Shown one piece after another: positions 63,051-64,000 of a stretch of DNA of 64,000 bases. Every line of letters starts with the position of its first letter. The first letter of the stretch is position 1. The notes beneath the pieces are model-generated. The model was not told the DNA's origin, did no database searches, and was given only the letters and a program-made list of their open reading frames with translations. Both the position numbers and the translations under genes were made by a program. The stretch is from Lama glama (lineage: Eukaryota): the NCBI GenBank assembly GCA_028534125.1, contig CM052817.1, forward strand, positions 41,914,001 to 41,978,000. Direction: 5' to 3'.

Positions 63051-64000
63051 AAAACATATATATAAAAACAAAATTCAAAAATTTATTTCACTCAGATTCA
63101 ATGTGCTGAGATAGGATTATACACAAATTAGTAATCCACTATATAAGTGGCAGTAATTTTTATGCAAATTATGGTAAACAAGAATATTTTTTTATTTGAC
63201 TTCTTTTGCAGAATTATCTGGGGAAAAATCCAGAAGAAGAAAATTAGTAACAACTTCTAAACTTCATAAGCCATTTTTTAGGCCTAAACCACACATTAGC
63301 TAATCCAGAAAGACTGTCAAATTTTCACTAGATATGTTGTCACAGCCACAACTGTAATATTACCAAGTAGCATTAGATAGAGGTTATATTTTCATTTTTA
63401 AGTTGACTTAATTCAGCAAATACTTATTGCACAACTACAAGATGTTAGGTGATTTTTTTTTTTAAAGTGTGACGTTGTCTTTCTAATTTTATTAATTTAT
63501 CTCTATTCCTTCAATACAACTACTACTTCAGCACATCTGTGTTCCAGCCACTGGTCTGGGTTGGGAGGGTCACTGGTGAACCAAAAAGGCCAGTGGTCCC
63601 TTTATGGTCCTTAACACAAACGTACATGAAACTATTCACATAGAACACAATGCCAAAATGAAGAGCATACGTAATTAGAATAAGTCAAGAGAGAGGAAAT
63701 TCCTCTAAGTTACCCAAGAGTAGTTCCATGTGGATGCTGGGGTTAGAGAAGGGGCTAGAAACAGAAGTAGAAGATGGCAGCTAGTAGAATATAATATGTA
63801 TACTTCAGAGGAAGGGGTAGGGAGGGTGCCGTGCTCCGTGACAATACTTCTGCCACAGCACTCCATCCACATCTGCTCTACCTTGTATAGTTGCACATGA
63901 GATTTCATTTGCAAAAAGATTATGCTGAAGGAAAATCAAAAACAAAAAACTCTGGAAATCACTGACCTGATTACTGTGCTTCATTTTATTCCTTAAACTT

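Noticed and set aside
63705..63914. Minus-strand 69-aa ORF as a further exon
   Set aside because: No convincing acceptor/donor pair and no recognisable protein similarity

Overview
AT-rich mammalian genomic DNA dominated by interspersed repeats. It is most likely camelid (alpaca/camel), judged from two copies of a young L1 3' end ('ttttattgagttatagtcattttacaatgttgtgtcaaattccagt...') that I recall as camelid-type. It is a draft assembly with a 100-N and a 500-N gap. I could not confidently identify any protein-coding gene, tRNA or rRNA; the ORFs in the track are L1 ORF2 remnants, gap artefacts or chance ORFs in repeats. Contents: several L1s (a decayed near-complete ORF2 at 36.8-41.3 kb and two internally deleted copies), many L2/MIR/hAT/Tigger relics, an old two-LTR MaLR element, and a dense set of ERV solo LTRs with readable target-site duplications (TSDs), including nested insertions. 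The LTRs are strongly biased to the + strand. Together with two frame-compatible minus-strand exon-like segments at 59.7 and 61.1-61.2 kb, this suggests an intron or flank of a minus-strand transcription unit that I cannot name. Repeat family names come from recalled consensus sequences and need RepeatMasker/Dfam confirmation. I found no convincing novel biological system. The best leads are the candidate exons, the MER41-like LTR cluster with GAS motifs, the odd PPT-containing LTR element and a tail-to-tail L2 hairpin.
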